A stretch of DNA of 64,000 bases, taken from NCBI GenBank assembly GCA_018713685.1, contig DVOK01000006.1:62545-126544 (forward strand), written 5' to 3'. Position 1 is the first letter of the stretch, and every line of letters begins with the position of its first letter. A program made the translations under genes and the position numbers. Below are positions 9,580 to 18,231 of this stretch, piece after piece. The notes beneath the pieces were generated by a model that saw only the letters and a list, made by a program, of their open reading frames with translations, had not been told where the DNA came from and did not search any database. This DNA is from Candidatus Merdousia gallistercoris. Lineage in GTDB: Bacteria > Verrucomicrobiota > Verrucomicrobiia > Opitutales > Intestinicryptomonadaceae.

Positions 9580-11370
9580 TTATTTTATCATGTTCGACTC
9601 AAATTCCTTTCTGTCGAGGAAAGGATACATGTCTTCGAGCGATGGAGACACTATTGTTCCGTCCGGCATCTGTTTAGCCGACAGCTTTGGAGAGAACATA
9701 TAGTCGTTTTGGCATACAATCTCGCATACATACGGACCGCGTTTTTTCAGAATGGTTCTAATCTTTTCTTCGAGGTCGTCTGCGTTTTCAATCCTTTCCG
9801 CATCTATGCCGAAAGCGTTCGCGACCTTGCAGAAGTCCGGAGTTTCCACGCCGCTTGCCGCATTGCAGCCGACATAATTTGCGTTGAAGAAGTTTTTGTG
9901 GGTTTGTTTTATGGAGGAGTATCCGTCGTTTCTTATGATAAAAATCCGAATCGGCAGGTTGTGGGTTTTTATGGTTTGCAGCTCCTGAATGTTCATCATT
10001 ATGGAGCCGTCGCCCGTATAGCATATTATTTTTTTGTCTGGATTGGCGACGGCCGCGCCTATTGCCGCCGGCAAATCGTAGCCCATTGAGGCGTCGCCGG
10101 AATTTAGGAACATTCTCTGGCCTTTTTTTGTCACAGCGCATTGGCAAGTGCATATGCAGGGCGAGCCGTTTGCCACTACAAAAATATCTTCGGGATCTGC
10201 AACAGCCGTCAAAGTGTGTGTTAGATTATAGACATTTACCGGCACGCCTTTTTCCTGCCTGTATTCAGGGACGTTTTCAAAGGCGTATTTGGCGCGCAAA
10301 TTTTTGGAGTAGTCGAGCCATTTTTTATCGGCTTTGAAGGCGCCGAGGCGCTCGGCGAGTGCCGGAAAGAAATCTTTAAGGTCTGCGCAAATTGGCAGGT
10401 CGGGCTTTACGAGCGGCTTTTGGAGCTCGGCGGGATCGATATCTACTACTATTTTATAGGCGCGTTTTGCAAAATTTTCCCAGTTGTAGCTAACTTGCCT
10501 TACATTGTTTCGCGTGCCAAGAAACAGCACGCAGTCTGAGTTTTGAAGTATAAAATTTGCCGCGCGCTGGCCGGCTGTCCCGATTCTTCCTACCGCGTTT
10601 TTATCGTCGGTGGGAAGGACATCGTATCCGTTGAAAGTTGTCGCGATTGGAATTTCCGACTTTTCCGAGAATTTTGCGAGGTTCTCAACTTGCCCCGCGA
10701 GCCTTATGCCGTGCCCCGCGACGATGAGCGGGCGCTTTGCCGCGGCGAGGCGGTTTGCAACTTCGTCGATTTTCAAGTCGTACACTGGCGGCGCCGGCGG
10801 CACGAATTCCCTTAGAGCCGACTCGTCTATCATTGCGGTTTGCACGTTCATCGGAACGTCGAGCCACACGGGTCCGAATCTGCCGTGGGTCGCCTCGTAA
10901 ATAGCCCTGTCGAGATGGTACTTTACGTCGAGGGGATCTTTTATCATTGCGGCGTACTTTGTCAGATGCTTTACGGATGTTATGATATCGACTTCCTGGT
11001 CGCCGAGCTGCCTCAGCGGGAGCTCCGGGCACGATGCGAGCGTCGTCACAAATTTTACCTGTCCTGAAATATAAAGCACGGGAACGGAATCGGTCCATTG
11101 CCCGAATACGCCGTTTAGGCAGTTTAGGCCGCCGGGGCCTGTTGTGACGTTTACTACGGCGAGTTTTCCGCATGAGCGCGCATAGCCTTCCGCGGCAATG
11201 GCGCAAGCCTGCTCGTGGTGGTTGGATATGTACGGGATTCTCGTGCCGATTGCGTTGTTTAAATGCATCGCTCCTCCTCCGGTAATTAGGAAGACGTCTT
11301 TTATGTCGTAAAAATCTCTCAATCTTTGGGCTATGTAGTCTGATGCTTTTATCATAAGTTTACTTGTCAA
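9580..11370 (-). CDS. thiamine-diphosphate-dependent enzyme, acetolactate-synthase-large-subunit-like (YerE-like candidate)
   Basis: 596 aa. The N-terminal Pyr domain reads 'ITGGGAMHLNNA...HEQACAIAAEGYAR...TTGPGGLN'. The ThDP motif is 'GDGSIMMN...(X25)...RNDGY'. It lies immediately downstream of CDP-dideoxyhexose genes. Confidence 0.8.
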   Translation of the reverse strand: MTSKLMIKASDYIAQRLRDFYDIKDVFLITGGGAMHLNNAIGTRIPYISNHHEQACAIAAEGYARSCGKLAVVNVTTGPGGLNCLNGVFGQWTDSVPVLYISGQVKFVTTLASCPELPLRQLGDQEVDIITSVKHLTKYAAMIKDPLDVKYHLDRAIYEATHGRFGPVWLDVPMNVQTAMIDESALREFVPPAPPVYDLKIDEVANRLAAAKRPLIVAGHGIRLAGQVENLAKFSEKSEIPIATTFNGYDVLPTDDKNAVGRIGTAGQRAANFILQNSDCVLFLGTRNNVRQVSYNWENFAKRAYKIVVDIDPAELQKPLVKPDLPICADLKDFFPALAERLGAFKADKKWLDYSKNLRAKYAFENVPEYRQEKGVPVNVYNLTHTLTAVADPEDIFVVANGSPCICTCQCAVTKKGQRMFLNSGDASMGYDLPAAIGAAVANPDKKIICYTGDGSIMMNIQELQTIKTHNLPIRIFIIRNDGYSSIKQTHKNFFNANYVGCNAASGVETPDFCKVANAFGIDAERIENADDLEEKIRTILKKRGPYVCEIVCQNDYMFSPKLSAKQMPDGTIVSPSLEDMYPFLDRKEFESNMIK

Positions 11371-12241
11371 ATTTTAGAAGGGATTGGTCTATTTTATCCG
11401 AGTTGTCGCGGTAATATTTTGCAAGTTTTTCCACCGCCGTTTCGAGCGGGGTGAATTTTATTTCCGGGAATTCCGAAAGAAGCCTTGAATTGTCTCCGTA
11501 ATAGTCGGGCCCGTAGCCGTCTGCCGCAATTTTTACAGGCACTCCCCCAAACATTTCAGATACAAGGCGCGCTATGCCTGCGAGCTCCGCATAACCGTTG
11601 GGAACGGCGTTGTACATCTTATGTTTGCAGTCTCCCGACAGAACTGCGTCGATAATCGGGAATAGGTCGTCCACAAACAGGTAGCTGAAACGCCTGTTTT
11701 GGCGCAGGGTAATCGGAAGCCCGAAAACCGCCTTGCATATCGCATTGGATATGAATCTGATTGAATAGTCCTCGTATTTGCCGAATATGCCGAAAACTGC
11801 CAAGTCGATAAAATTTGGCAAATGCTCAATTTGCTTTGCAACTGCGTATTTGCAGAACCCGTGGTCGTCCTCCGGCATCCTTTTAAAAACGTCGGTCTCG
11901 CGCGCGGCGGAAATGTCTGCCGATTGCCCGTAAATTGCGCCCGAGCCAATGTTTACAAGCTTGCCGAAACTTCCCCTGTTCCTTTCGAGGTTCTCAAACA
12001 TTCTTAGGTTTGAGTAGAGAAGCGCGGTTGGGTCTTTCGCGTTTCGGTGGCAGGGCTTTACGGCGGCGTGGATTATGAAATCGAAGGAGTTTTTTTTGAA
12101 AAATTCGTCGGTGCTCCGAGTGTCGAGGAGGTCGAGCTCCGAGTGGGTGGGGGCAGTAATGTCGTACTTGCTTGCGAGAAAACTTTCCCGCAGATTGCGC
12201 CCTATAAAGCCGCTACCGCCTGTCAGGAGAATTTTTTTCAT
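11360..12241 (-). CDS. NAD(P)-dependent sugar epimerase/reductase (extended SDR)
   Basis: It has the Rossmann motif 'LLTGGSGFIGRNL' and a catalytic YxxxK in 'KYAVAK'. It overlaps both neighbouring genes (4 nt and 11 nt). Confidence 0.75.
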   Translation of the reverse strand: MKKILLTGGSGFIGRNLRESFLASKYDITAPTHSELDLLDTRSTDEFFKKNSFDFIIHAAVKPCHRNAKDPTALLYSNLRMFENLERNRGSFGKLVNIGSGAIYGQSADISAARETDVFKRMPEDDHGFCKYAVAKQIEHLPNFIDLAVFGIFGKYEDYSIRFISNAICKAVFGLPITLRQNRRFSYLFVDDLFPIIDAVLSGDCKHKMYNAVPNGYAELAGIARLVSEMFGGVPVKIAADGYGPDYYGDNSRLLSEFPEIKFTPLETAVEKLAKYYRDNSDKIDQSLLKFDK

Positions 12242-13593
12242 TTTGTGCGCGCCTCGATAAACGAGCGTATTGCGCCCGCGCTTTTTGAGAGCTCGCGCTC
12301 GCCGAGCGCGGGGAAACAGCCTATCCAGAATGAGCAGTTCATTATGCGCTCGGTTCCGGGAAGCAGCGCGTAGTCGGCTTCGCCCAGTTCGAGCCCCTTT
12401 TTCAATTTTCCAGAGCCTATTCTCAATTCGGCGTCGGATTCCGTTATCATGGGCTGGCGCAAGATGTTGCCCGCAAACAGTTGGCGCGTGCCCACTCCAT
12501 TGCTTTCAAGATGCTCAACCAGCTCGCGCTTTGTGAACGGGGCGTCGGGATTTACGGAAATCAGGAAGCCGAACCATGAGCATTTGCCGTCGAAATCTGG
12601 AATCGGCAGGGTAATGTATTTTTCGAGCCCCGAGAGCGCCTCGAATAGAAACTTTGCATTTGAGATTCTTTTTTCGACAAATTCGTCGAGCTTTTTCAGC
12701 TGTTGAAGGCCTATGGCGGCCTGCCAATCTGTAATTTTCAGATTGTAGCCTATGTGCGAGTACGTGTATTTGTGGTCGTAGCCGTCGGGAAGGTTGCCGC
12801 GCTTTAGCTTGAAGCGGTTTTTGCAAGTGTCGTCATGCCCCGGTTTGCACCAGCAGTCGCGGCCCCAGTCGCGGAATGAAAGCAGAATTTTGTGGAGAAT
12901 GGGGTCGCTCGTGACGACAGCCCCGCCTTCTCCCATTGTGATGTGGTGGGCGGGATAGAAGCTGAAAGTGCCGATGTCCCCGATAGTTCCCGCATATTTG
13001 CCGTTGTGCATTGCCCCGAGTGCGTCGCAGGAATCCTCTATAAGCCACAGGTTGTTGCGGCTGCAAATTTCGCGTATTGCGTCGATGTCGAACGGGCGTC
13101 CGAGCGTGTGGGCGATGAATATAGCGCGCGTCTTTTCGGACAGAGCCTCCTCTATTTTGTCGGTGCGGATATTGTACGTGTGCGGGTCGCAATCTACAAA
13201 AACCGGAACGAGCCCGTTTTGGAATATCGGGTTTACCGTTGTCGGGAATCCGCTTGCGACGGTGATTACCTCGTCGCCTTTTTTTATGGCGCGCTTGCCG
13301 AGCTTTGGCGAAGTCAGCGCCGACATCGCCAACAAGTTTGCGCTCGAGCCGGAGTTGACGGATAGGGCGAACTTTGCGCCGAGCTTTTTGGCAAACGCCT
13401 CCTCAAAGGCGTCGTTGAATCTGCCCGCTGTAAGCCACATATCGAGCGATGCGTCTATCATTGCGGATAGTTCTTCCGCGCCGATTTTCTTTCCCGACGG
13501 AGGAATGTAGTCGCGTTTTTGGGCGTCGGCGACAGCTGCGGCAAGATATTCAAGCGCGGCGGCTTTTACTTTTTCCCTTAAATCTTCATGCAT
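12238..13593 (-). CDS. ddhC: CDP-6-deoxy-L-threo-D-glycero-4-hexulose 3-dehydrase (E1, PMP/[2Fe-2S] enzyme of the DegT/DnrJ/EryC1 family)
   Basis: DegT-family fold in which His replaces the usual Schiff-base Lys ('FSFYPAHHITMGEGG'). It also carries the C-X-C-X7-C motif 'CWCKPGHDDTC'. I chose the start at the ATG at 13593, 1 nt after the rfbG stop, rather than the track's 13647. Confidence 0.85.
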   Translation of the reverse strand: MHEDLREKVKAAALEYLAAAVADAQKRDYIPPSGKKIGAEELSAMIDASLDMWLTAGRFNDAFEEAFAKKLGAKFALSVNSGSSANLLAMSALTSPKLGKRAIKKGDEVITVASGFPTTVNPIFQNGLVPVFVDCDPHTYNIRTDKIEEALSEKTRAIFIAHTLGRPFDIDAIREICSRNNLWLIEDSCDALGAMHNGKYAGTIGDIGTFSFYPAHHITMGEGGAVVTSDPILHKILLSFRDWGRDCWCKPGHDDTCKNRFKLKRGNLPDGYDHKYTYSHIGYNLKITDWQAAIGLQQLKKLDEFVEKRISNAKFLFEALSGLEKYITLPIPDFDGKCSWFGFLISVNPDAPFTKRELVEHLESNGVGTRQLFAGNILRQPMITESDAELRIGSGKLKKGLELGEADYALLPGTERIMNCSFWIGCFPALGERELSKSAGAIRSFIEARTK

Positions 13594-13594
13594 A

Positions 13595-14689
13595 TTAGAA
13601 ACTCCATTCAATTTGCTTGTCTCGCGCGGCGCTGCAGAAATTTTCAATCTGTTTTATGGAAAACGCGCGCATTTGCGGATGTTTTGCGTAAAAAAGCTTA
13701 TACCATTCGGCGGTCATTGCTACGGCCTTCGCCGCGTCCAATACCGGACGGACGCCGAGCAGCTTGTCGGCTTTCGAGACGTCGAGCGAAAGAAGCTTGG
13801 CTTCGTGCGGTCCAGCGGAATCCGCTTTTATCGAAGACGAGCTACCTCCCCAGACTCCCACTAAAATATCTACGATGTCGCCGACGCTCAAAACCGCGCT
13901 TGAATCGGGGCCGAAGTTGAAACCGTCCGAAAATTTTTCCGGTTCTTCCAGCAGTTTTTGCGCGAGCCTCATGTATCCCGCGAGGGGCTCGAGGACATGC
14001 TGCCACGGCCTTACGGAAGCGGGGTTTCTGACCGGCGCCGGCATTCCTTTTGAAAGCGCGCGAACGCAGTCGGGCACGAGCCTGTCCTTAGCCCAGTCGC
14101 CGCCGCCTATGACGTTCCCCGCGCGCGCCGAGGCGAGGGCGAACGGTTTGCCGCCTTCTAAAAAGCTCCTGCGGTAAGAAGCCGTCAAAATTTCAGAGCA
14201 GCCTTTCGAGGATGAATACATATCGTACCCGCCCATGGGGTCGGCTTCTTTACGCGGAATGCCGTTGTCGGGATTTTCGTAGCATTTGTCGGTGGTGACG
14301 TTTACGAAAGCCTTGACCGCGCCGCACTTTCTTGCCGCTTCAAGGACGTTTAAAGTCCCCATTACGTTTGTTTCGTAGGTCAGCTTGGGCTCGTCGTATG
14401 AAAGCCTTACGAGGGGCTGGGCGGCGAGGTGGAAAACAATTTCAGGGCGGGTTTGAGCGAAGAATTTTTCGAGGGTTTCGCTGTCGCGGATATCGGCGAT
14501 TTTTTCCGCCGCAAGCAGTTCTTTAATGCCGAGCACGCTGTATGCGGTAAATTCGGTGTCGGGCAGGAGCGAGTATCCGCAAACTTTCGCGCCGAGGCTT
14601 TCGAGCCAAAGAGAGAGCCACGAGCCCTTGAAGCCGGCATGTCCGGTCACGAGAACGCTTTTGCCTTTAAAAATATCTTTGAAAGCCAT
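13595..14689 (-). CDS. rfbG: CDP-glucose 4,6-dehydratase
   Basis: 'KSVLVTGHAGFKGSWLSLWLESLGAKVCGYSL' plus an SDR YxxxK ('YSSSK'). Position after rfbF fits. Confidence 0.9.
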   Translation of the reverse strand: MAFKDIFKGKSVLVTGHAGFKGSWLSLWLESLGAKVCGYSLLPDTEFTAYSVLGIKELLAAEKIADIRDSETLEKFFAQTRPEIVFHLAAQPLVRLSYDEPKLTYETNVMGTLNVLEAARKCGAVKAFVNVTTDKCYENPDNGIPRKEADPMGGYDMYSSSKGCSEILTASYRRSFLEGGKPFALASARAGNVIGGGDWAKDRLVPDCVRALSKGMPAPVRNPASVRPWQHVLEPLAGYMRLAQKLLEEPEKFSDGFNFGPDSSAVLSVGDIVDILVGVWGGSSSSIKADSAGPHEAKLLSLDVSKADKLLGVRPVLDAAKAVAMTAEWYKLFYAKHPQMRAFSIKQIENFCSAARDKQIEWSF

Positions 14690-14692
14690 TTT

Positions 14693-15469
14693 TTAATCCC
14701 AGATTTTCCACGGTGCGCGTCCGGCGCTCCATAGCTCGTTTAAGTCTTTTTTATCTTTAAGCATGTCCATTGGGCGCCAGAAGCCGCAGTGCAGATATGC
14801 GTTGAGCTGGCCTGCCTCCGCGAGTTTGTTGAGGGGTTCCCGCTCCCATATAGTATTGGGGGAATCCGGAATGTAGTCGAACACTTCCGGCTCGAGAACG
14901 AAAAAGCCGCCGTTAATCCACGACGCCGAATCTTCCGGTTTTTCGCGGAAGTCGGATATTTCGCCGTCTTGCGCAATTCTCAAAACGCCGAAGCGCGAGG
15001 TGGGCCTCACCGCTGTGAGGGTTGCAATTTTCCCCGAATTCCTGTGGCATTCGAGAAGCTGCGGAATGTTTATGTCGGCAACCCCGTCGCCGTAAGTTAG
15101 CATAAAAGTTTCGTTGCCAATGTATTTTTTTATCTGGGCAATTCTCCCTCCTGTAAGGGTTTCTTTCCCTGTGTCACAGAGTGTTATCTTCCAGGGCTCC
15201 GAGCGGTTTTTGTGCACCTGAACAGAGTTGTCGGATAGGTCGATTGTAATATCGGAGGAGTTTGCCCTGTAATTCAAAAAGTATTCTTTTATGTATTCGC
15301 CTTTATAGCCGCACATTACCACAAATTCGTTGAATCCGTAGTGTGAGTAAATCTTCATTATGTGCCATAGAATCGGCTTCCCACCGATTTCCACCATTGG
15401 CTTCGGGCGGACTGTCGTTTCTTCCCCCAATCTCGAACCGAGCCCTCCCGCGAGTATTGCTACTTTCAT
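14693..15469 (-). CDS. rfbF: glucose-1-phosphate cytidylyltransferase
   Basis: 'MKVAILAGGLGSRLGEETTVRPKPMVEIGGKPILWHIMKIYSHYGFNEFVVMCGYKG' is the canonical RfbF/DdhA N-terminus. Confidence 0.9.
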   Translation of the reverse strand: MKVAILAGGLGSRLGEETTVRPKPMVEIGGKPILWHIMKIYSHYGFNEFVVMCGYKGEYIKEYFLNYRANSSDITIDLSDNSVQVHKNRSEPWKITLCDTGKETLTGGRIAQIKKYIGNETFMLTYGDGVADINIPQLLECHRNSGKIATLTAVRPTSRFGVLRIAQDGEISDFREKPEDSASWINGGFFVLEPEVFDYIPDSPNTIWEREPLNKLAEAGQLNAYLHCGFWRPMDMLKDKKDLNELWSAGRAPWKIWD

Positions 15470-15603
15470 GATATGTTAATCTTTTAAATTTTTAGTAGGG
15501 TGTAAAGTTCCGGTTAAAATCTGTGGCTGTTTCGGATTGTCCGCACCATAAATTTTTCCCATCCTATTTATTGCAGTTTTCCGTGATTTAAAATTTCCGG
15601 CAG

Positions 15604-17358
15604 CTATTGTCTTTCAATTGCGTCGGAAGTTTGTTTTTCATATAGACGCTTATAAGTCGGGCAATGTTGCATTAATTCCGCATGCGTGCCGAAATCAATT
15701 ATTTTGCCGTTTTCAAAAACTATTATCTTTTGGACATTTTTTATTGTGCTAAACCTGTGGGCGATTACGAGCATCGTGCGGTCTTTCATTAGGTTGTCCA
15801 CCGCTTTTTGTATGAAAGCTTCGCTGTTTACGTCGAGCGCGGAAGTGGCTTCGTCGAGAACGAGCAGCGGCGGGTTCTTCAAGAATACGCGCGCGAGCGC
15901 AATGCGCTGCTTCTGCCCGCCCGAGAGCCTGTCGCCTCTCTCTCCGACGACTGTTTGATATCCGTTTTCGAGCTCGAGGATAAATTCGTGGGCGTACGCC
16001 ATTTTCGCGGCCTTTTCGACTTCTTCGCGCGTGGCCGACGGGCGGGCGATTAGAATGTTGTTGTAAACGGTGTCGTTAAACAAGACGGGATATTGCGGGA
16101 CGCTTCCGAGATTGTCCATGAAGTCGCTTTGACGGATGTCGCGCAAGTCGATTCCGTCGAGGGTAACCGAGCCGCTGACGGGGTCGTACAGGCGCATTGC
16201 GAGCTTTGCGAAAGTGCTTTTCCCCGCGCCGCTCTCGCCGACGAGCGCACAGCTTGTCCCGGCGGGAATCGTTATGCTTACGTCGTCCAGCACGATTTTA
16301 TCCTTGTAGGCAAAGCTTACATTGTGGAATGAAATCTCTCCGCGAACTTTCGGAAGTTTTACGGGATTTTTGGGTTCGGGGACAGTCGATTGGTAGTCGA
16401 GAATATCGCAGATTCTGTCCACGAGCGGCATAACTTTTATGAAGTCGGTGGACATTCTGATTACGCGCTTAATCGGGTCGATAGTGAAATATAGGGCGAT
16501 GCCGATGGCCGAGAAGGTCGGGAAGTCTATGCCTGCAAAGTATGCGTACACAAAAGTAAGAGAAACCATTGTGGCGGCGAGAAACTCCATGAAGGGCTGC
16601 TGCATGAGCTCGTATTTCGCCATTTTGAGCGAGAACCATTTAAACGAAGTATTGAGCGTCTCGAACTTCTTTTTTTGAGGTTCTTGGAGATTAAAAACCC
16701 TTACTTCGTGGACGGCGTCGAGGTTTTCGCCGAACAGCTGCGCCATTTCACTCAGCCCTACCTGCGCTTTGCCCGCGAAGCGTTTCATATTCTTGCGTAT
16801 CATCTGGACGGGCAGAATGCAGAACGGAACTGCCGCCAAGAAAATAAGCAGCACGACAACTTGCCCTTTTGTGAAGCAAAGATAGAGCAAGAATGCCAGC
16901 GCCCCCACAACTTGCAGCGGTTGGCGGAATATTTCAGACGAGAATGAAAGCAGGACGGTTTGGACTGCGGCGGTGTCGTTCGTAAGCCTCGTGAGCAGGT
17001 CGCCGGTGGTAAACTTGTCGAAAAACGCAATCGGATAACTTTGGATTCTGTCAAATATATGCTGTTTGAGTCTGCGCAAGACTTCGAGCGATGAAAAGGT
17101 CATGAGGTATCCGCTCAGATATCCGAATATTGCCCGCATTGCAAAAATTGTGGGCAGCAGCATGGCTATACCGAGAATATACCAAGCGGAATGCGGCTGC
17201 GCGCCTTGGTCCATGAAAATCTGCCTTAGAACCTTGTCGAATATCACAGGCATTCCAAAGCCGCTGCACGCCCCGAAGAGAGCGCCAAAGATGATAGCCG
17301 CAATCAGTTGCGGAAGGCACGGCTTTATGTAAACGTAAAATCTAAGCAGTTTCTTCAT
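15604..17358 (-). CDS. ABC exporter, fused TMD-NBD half-transporter (MsbA/PglK-like)
   Basis: 584 aa: six TM segments, then Walker A 'GESGAGKST', signature 'LSGGQKQR' and Walker B 'LLVLDEATS'. Confidence 0.85.
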   Translation of the reverse strand: MKKLLRFYVYIKPCLPQLIAAIIFGALFGACSGFGMPVIFDKVLRQIFMDQGAQPHSAWYILGIAMLLPTIFAMRAIFGYLSGYLMTFSSLEVLRRLKQHIFDRIQSYPIAFFDKFTTGDLLTRLTNDTAAVQTVLLSFSSEIFRQPLQVVGALAFLLYLCFTKGQVVVLLIFLAAVPFCILPVQMIRKNMKRFAGKAQVGLSEMAQLFGENLDAVHEVRVFNLQEPQKKKFETLNTSFKWFSLKMAKYELMQQPFMEFLAATMVSLTFVYAYFAGIDFPTFSAIGIALYFTIDPIKRVIRMSTDFIKVMPLVDRICDILDYQSTVPEPKNPVKLPKVRGEISFHNVSFAYKDKIVLDDVSITIPAGTSCALVGESGAGKSTFAKLAMRLYDPVSGSVTLDGIDLRDIRQSDFMDNLGSVPQYPVLFNDTVYNNILIARPSATREEVEKAAKMAYAHEFILELENGYQTVVGERGDRLSGGQKQRIALARVFLKNPPLLVLDEATSALDVNSEAFIQKAVDNLMKDRTMLVIAHRFSTIKNVQKIIVFENGKIIDFGTHAELMQHCPTYKRLYEKQTSDAIERQ

Positions 17359-17502
17359 TTTCTCAATTTATTGATTTTCGTATCTGGGGCACATTGCGTC
17401 AAGCCTTTTGGGGTTTTAGCGGGAAGTATGAAGCGATTTTTATAAAAAATGCGCAACTTAAAAATTTTATTCTGACTGCCGGCATTTTTTTGCTAAATTT
17501 AT

Positions 17503-18162
17503 ATGGTTGATTTCCCTTCTCCACAAGCTACTATTAAATATGTGGATAAAAAAAGCGCGCTTTCGGATAACTTCCCAAAACTGCTTGCAGTGGCTGTCGG
17601 CTGCGCAATCGCGTGGTCTGCGGTGGAGCCTTACAACTGGGGGGTGTGGTACGTCGAGATATCGAGCGTATTGCTCGTTTACTTTATACTAATTTTTACG
17701 TACTGGAAGTTTCGATTTTCCAATATGTCGTATTTTATAGTTTCGCTGTGGCTTGTGATGCATGCGGTTGGTGCGCGGTATTCCTTTGAGCTCGTTCCGT
17801 TCGGGTTTGTGAGCGACTTATTCGGCTTTGAGCGAAACCACTACGACAGGGTCGCGCATTTTGTAGTTGGAATGAATTCCTATGGGGCAGCGGAGTTTTT
17901 TATGCGCAAGGGCTTTGTATGCGGGCGGAGGTTTGCGGCTTTTGCGGGAATTCTTTTTATAATGGCGCTCGCCAACGCATGGGAGCTGATAGAATGGGGA
18001 TATGCCGAGGCCGACGGAGGCGAGGTCGGGGCGGCTTTTCTCGGCTCGCAGGGCGATGTGTGGGACGCCCAAAAAGATATGCTTTGCGACACTCTCGGGG
18101 CGGTTTTCGCGGCGTTCATATTTTTGGCAAATTTTAGACTTCCAGCAGGACGGGGACAGTGA
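17503..18162 (+). CDS. DUF2238/YjdF-like inner membrane protein
   Basis: 219-aa polytopic ORF. The 'NHYDRVAHFVVG' and 'WELIEW' segments resemble the YjdF family. Confidence 0.5.
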   Translation: MVDFPSPQATIKYVDKKSALSDNFPKLLAVAVGCAIAWSAVEPYNWGVWYVEISSVLLVYFILIFTYWKFRFSNMSYFIVSLWLVMHAVGARYSFELVPFGFVSDLFGFERNHYDRVAHFVVGMNSYGAAEFFMRKGFVCGRRFAAFAGILFIMALANAWELIEWGYAEADGGEVGAAFLGSQGDVWDAQKDMLCDTLGAVFAAFIFLANFRLPAGRGQ

Positions 18163-18231
18163 ATGCTACATGCGGATTGCGCAATTATGTTTCGTTGACT
18201 TTTGGCAGTTGTATATATAGTCGTTTCGCTT

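Noticed and set aside
9788-11206. Arg-rich 121-173-aa ORFs in alternative frames within the ThDP-enzyme gene
   Set aside because: They have extreme Arg/Pro content and overlap a strongly supported gene completely. They are a frame artefact of GC-rich codons.
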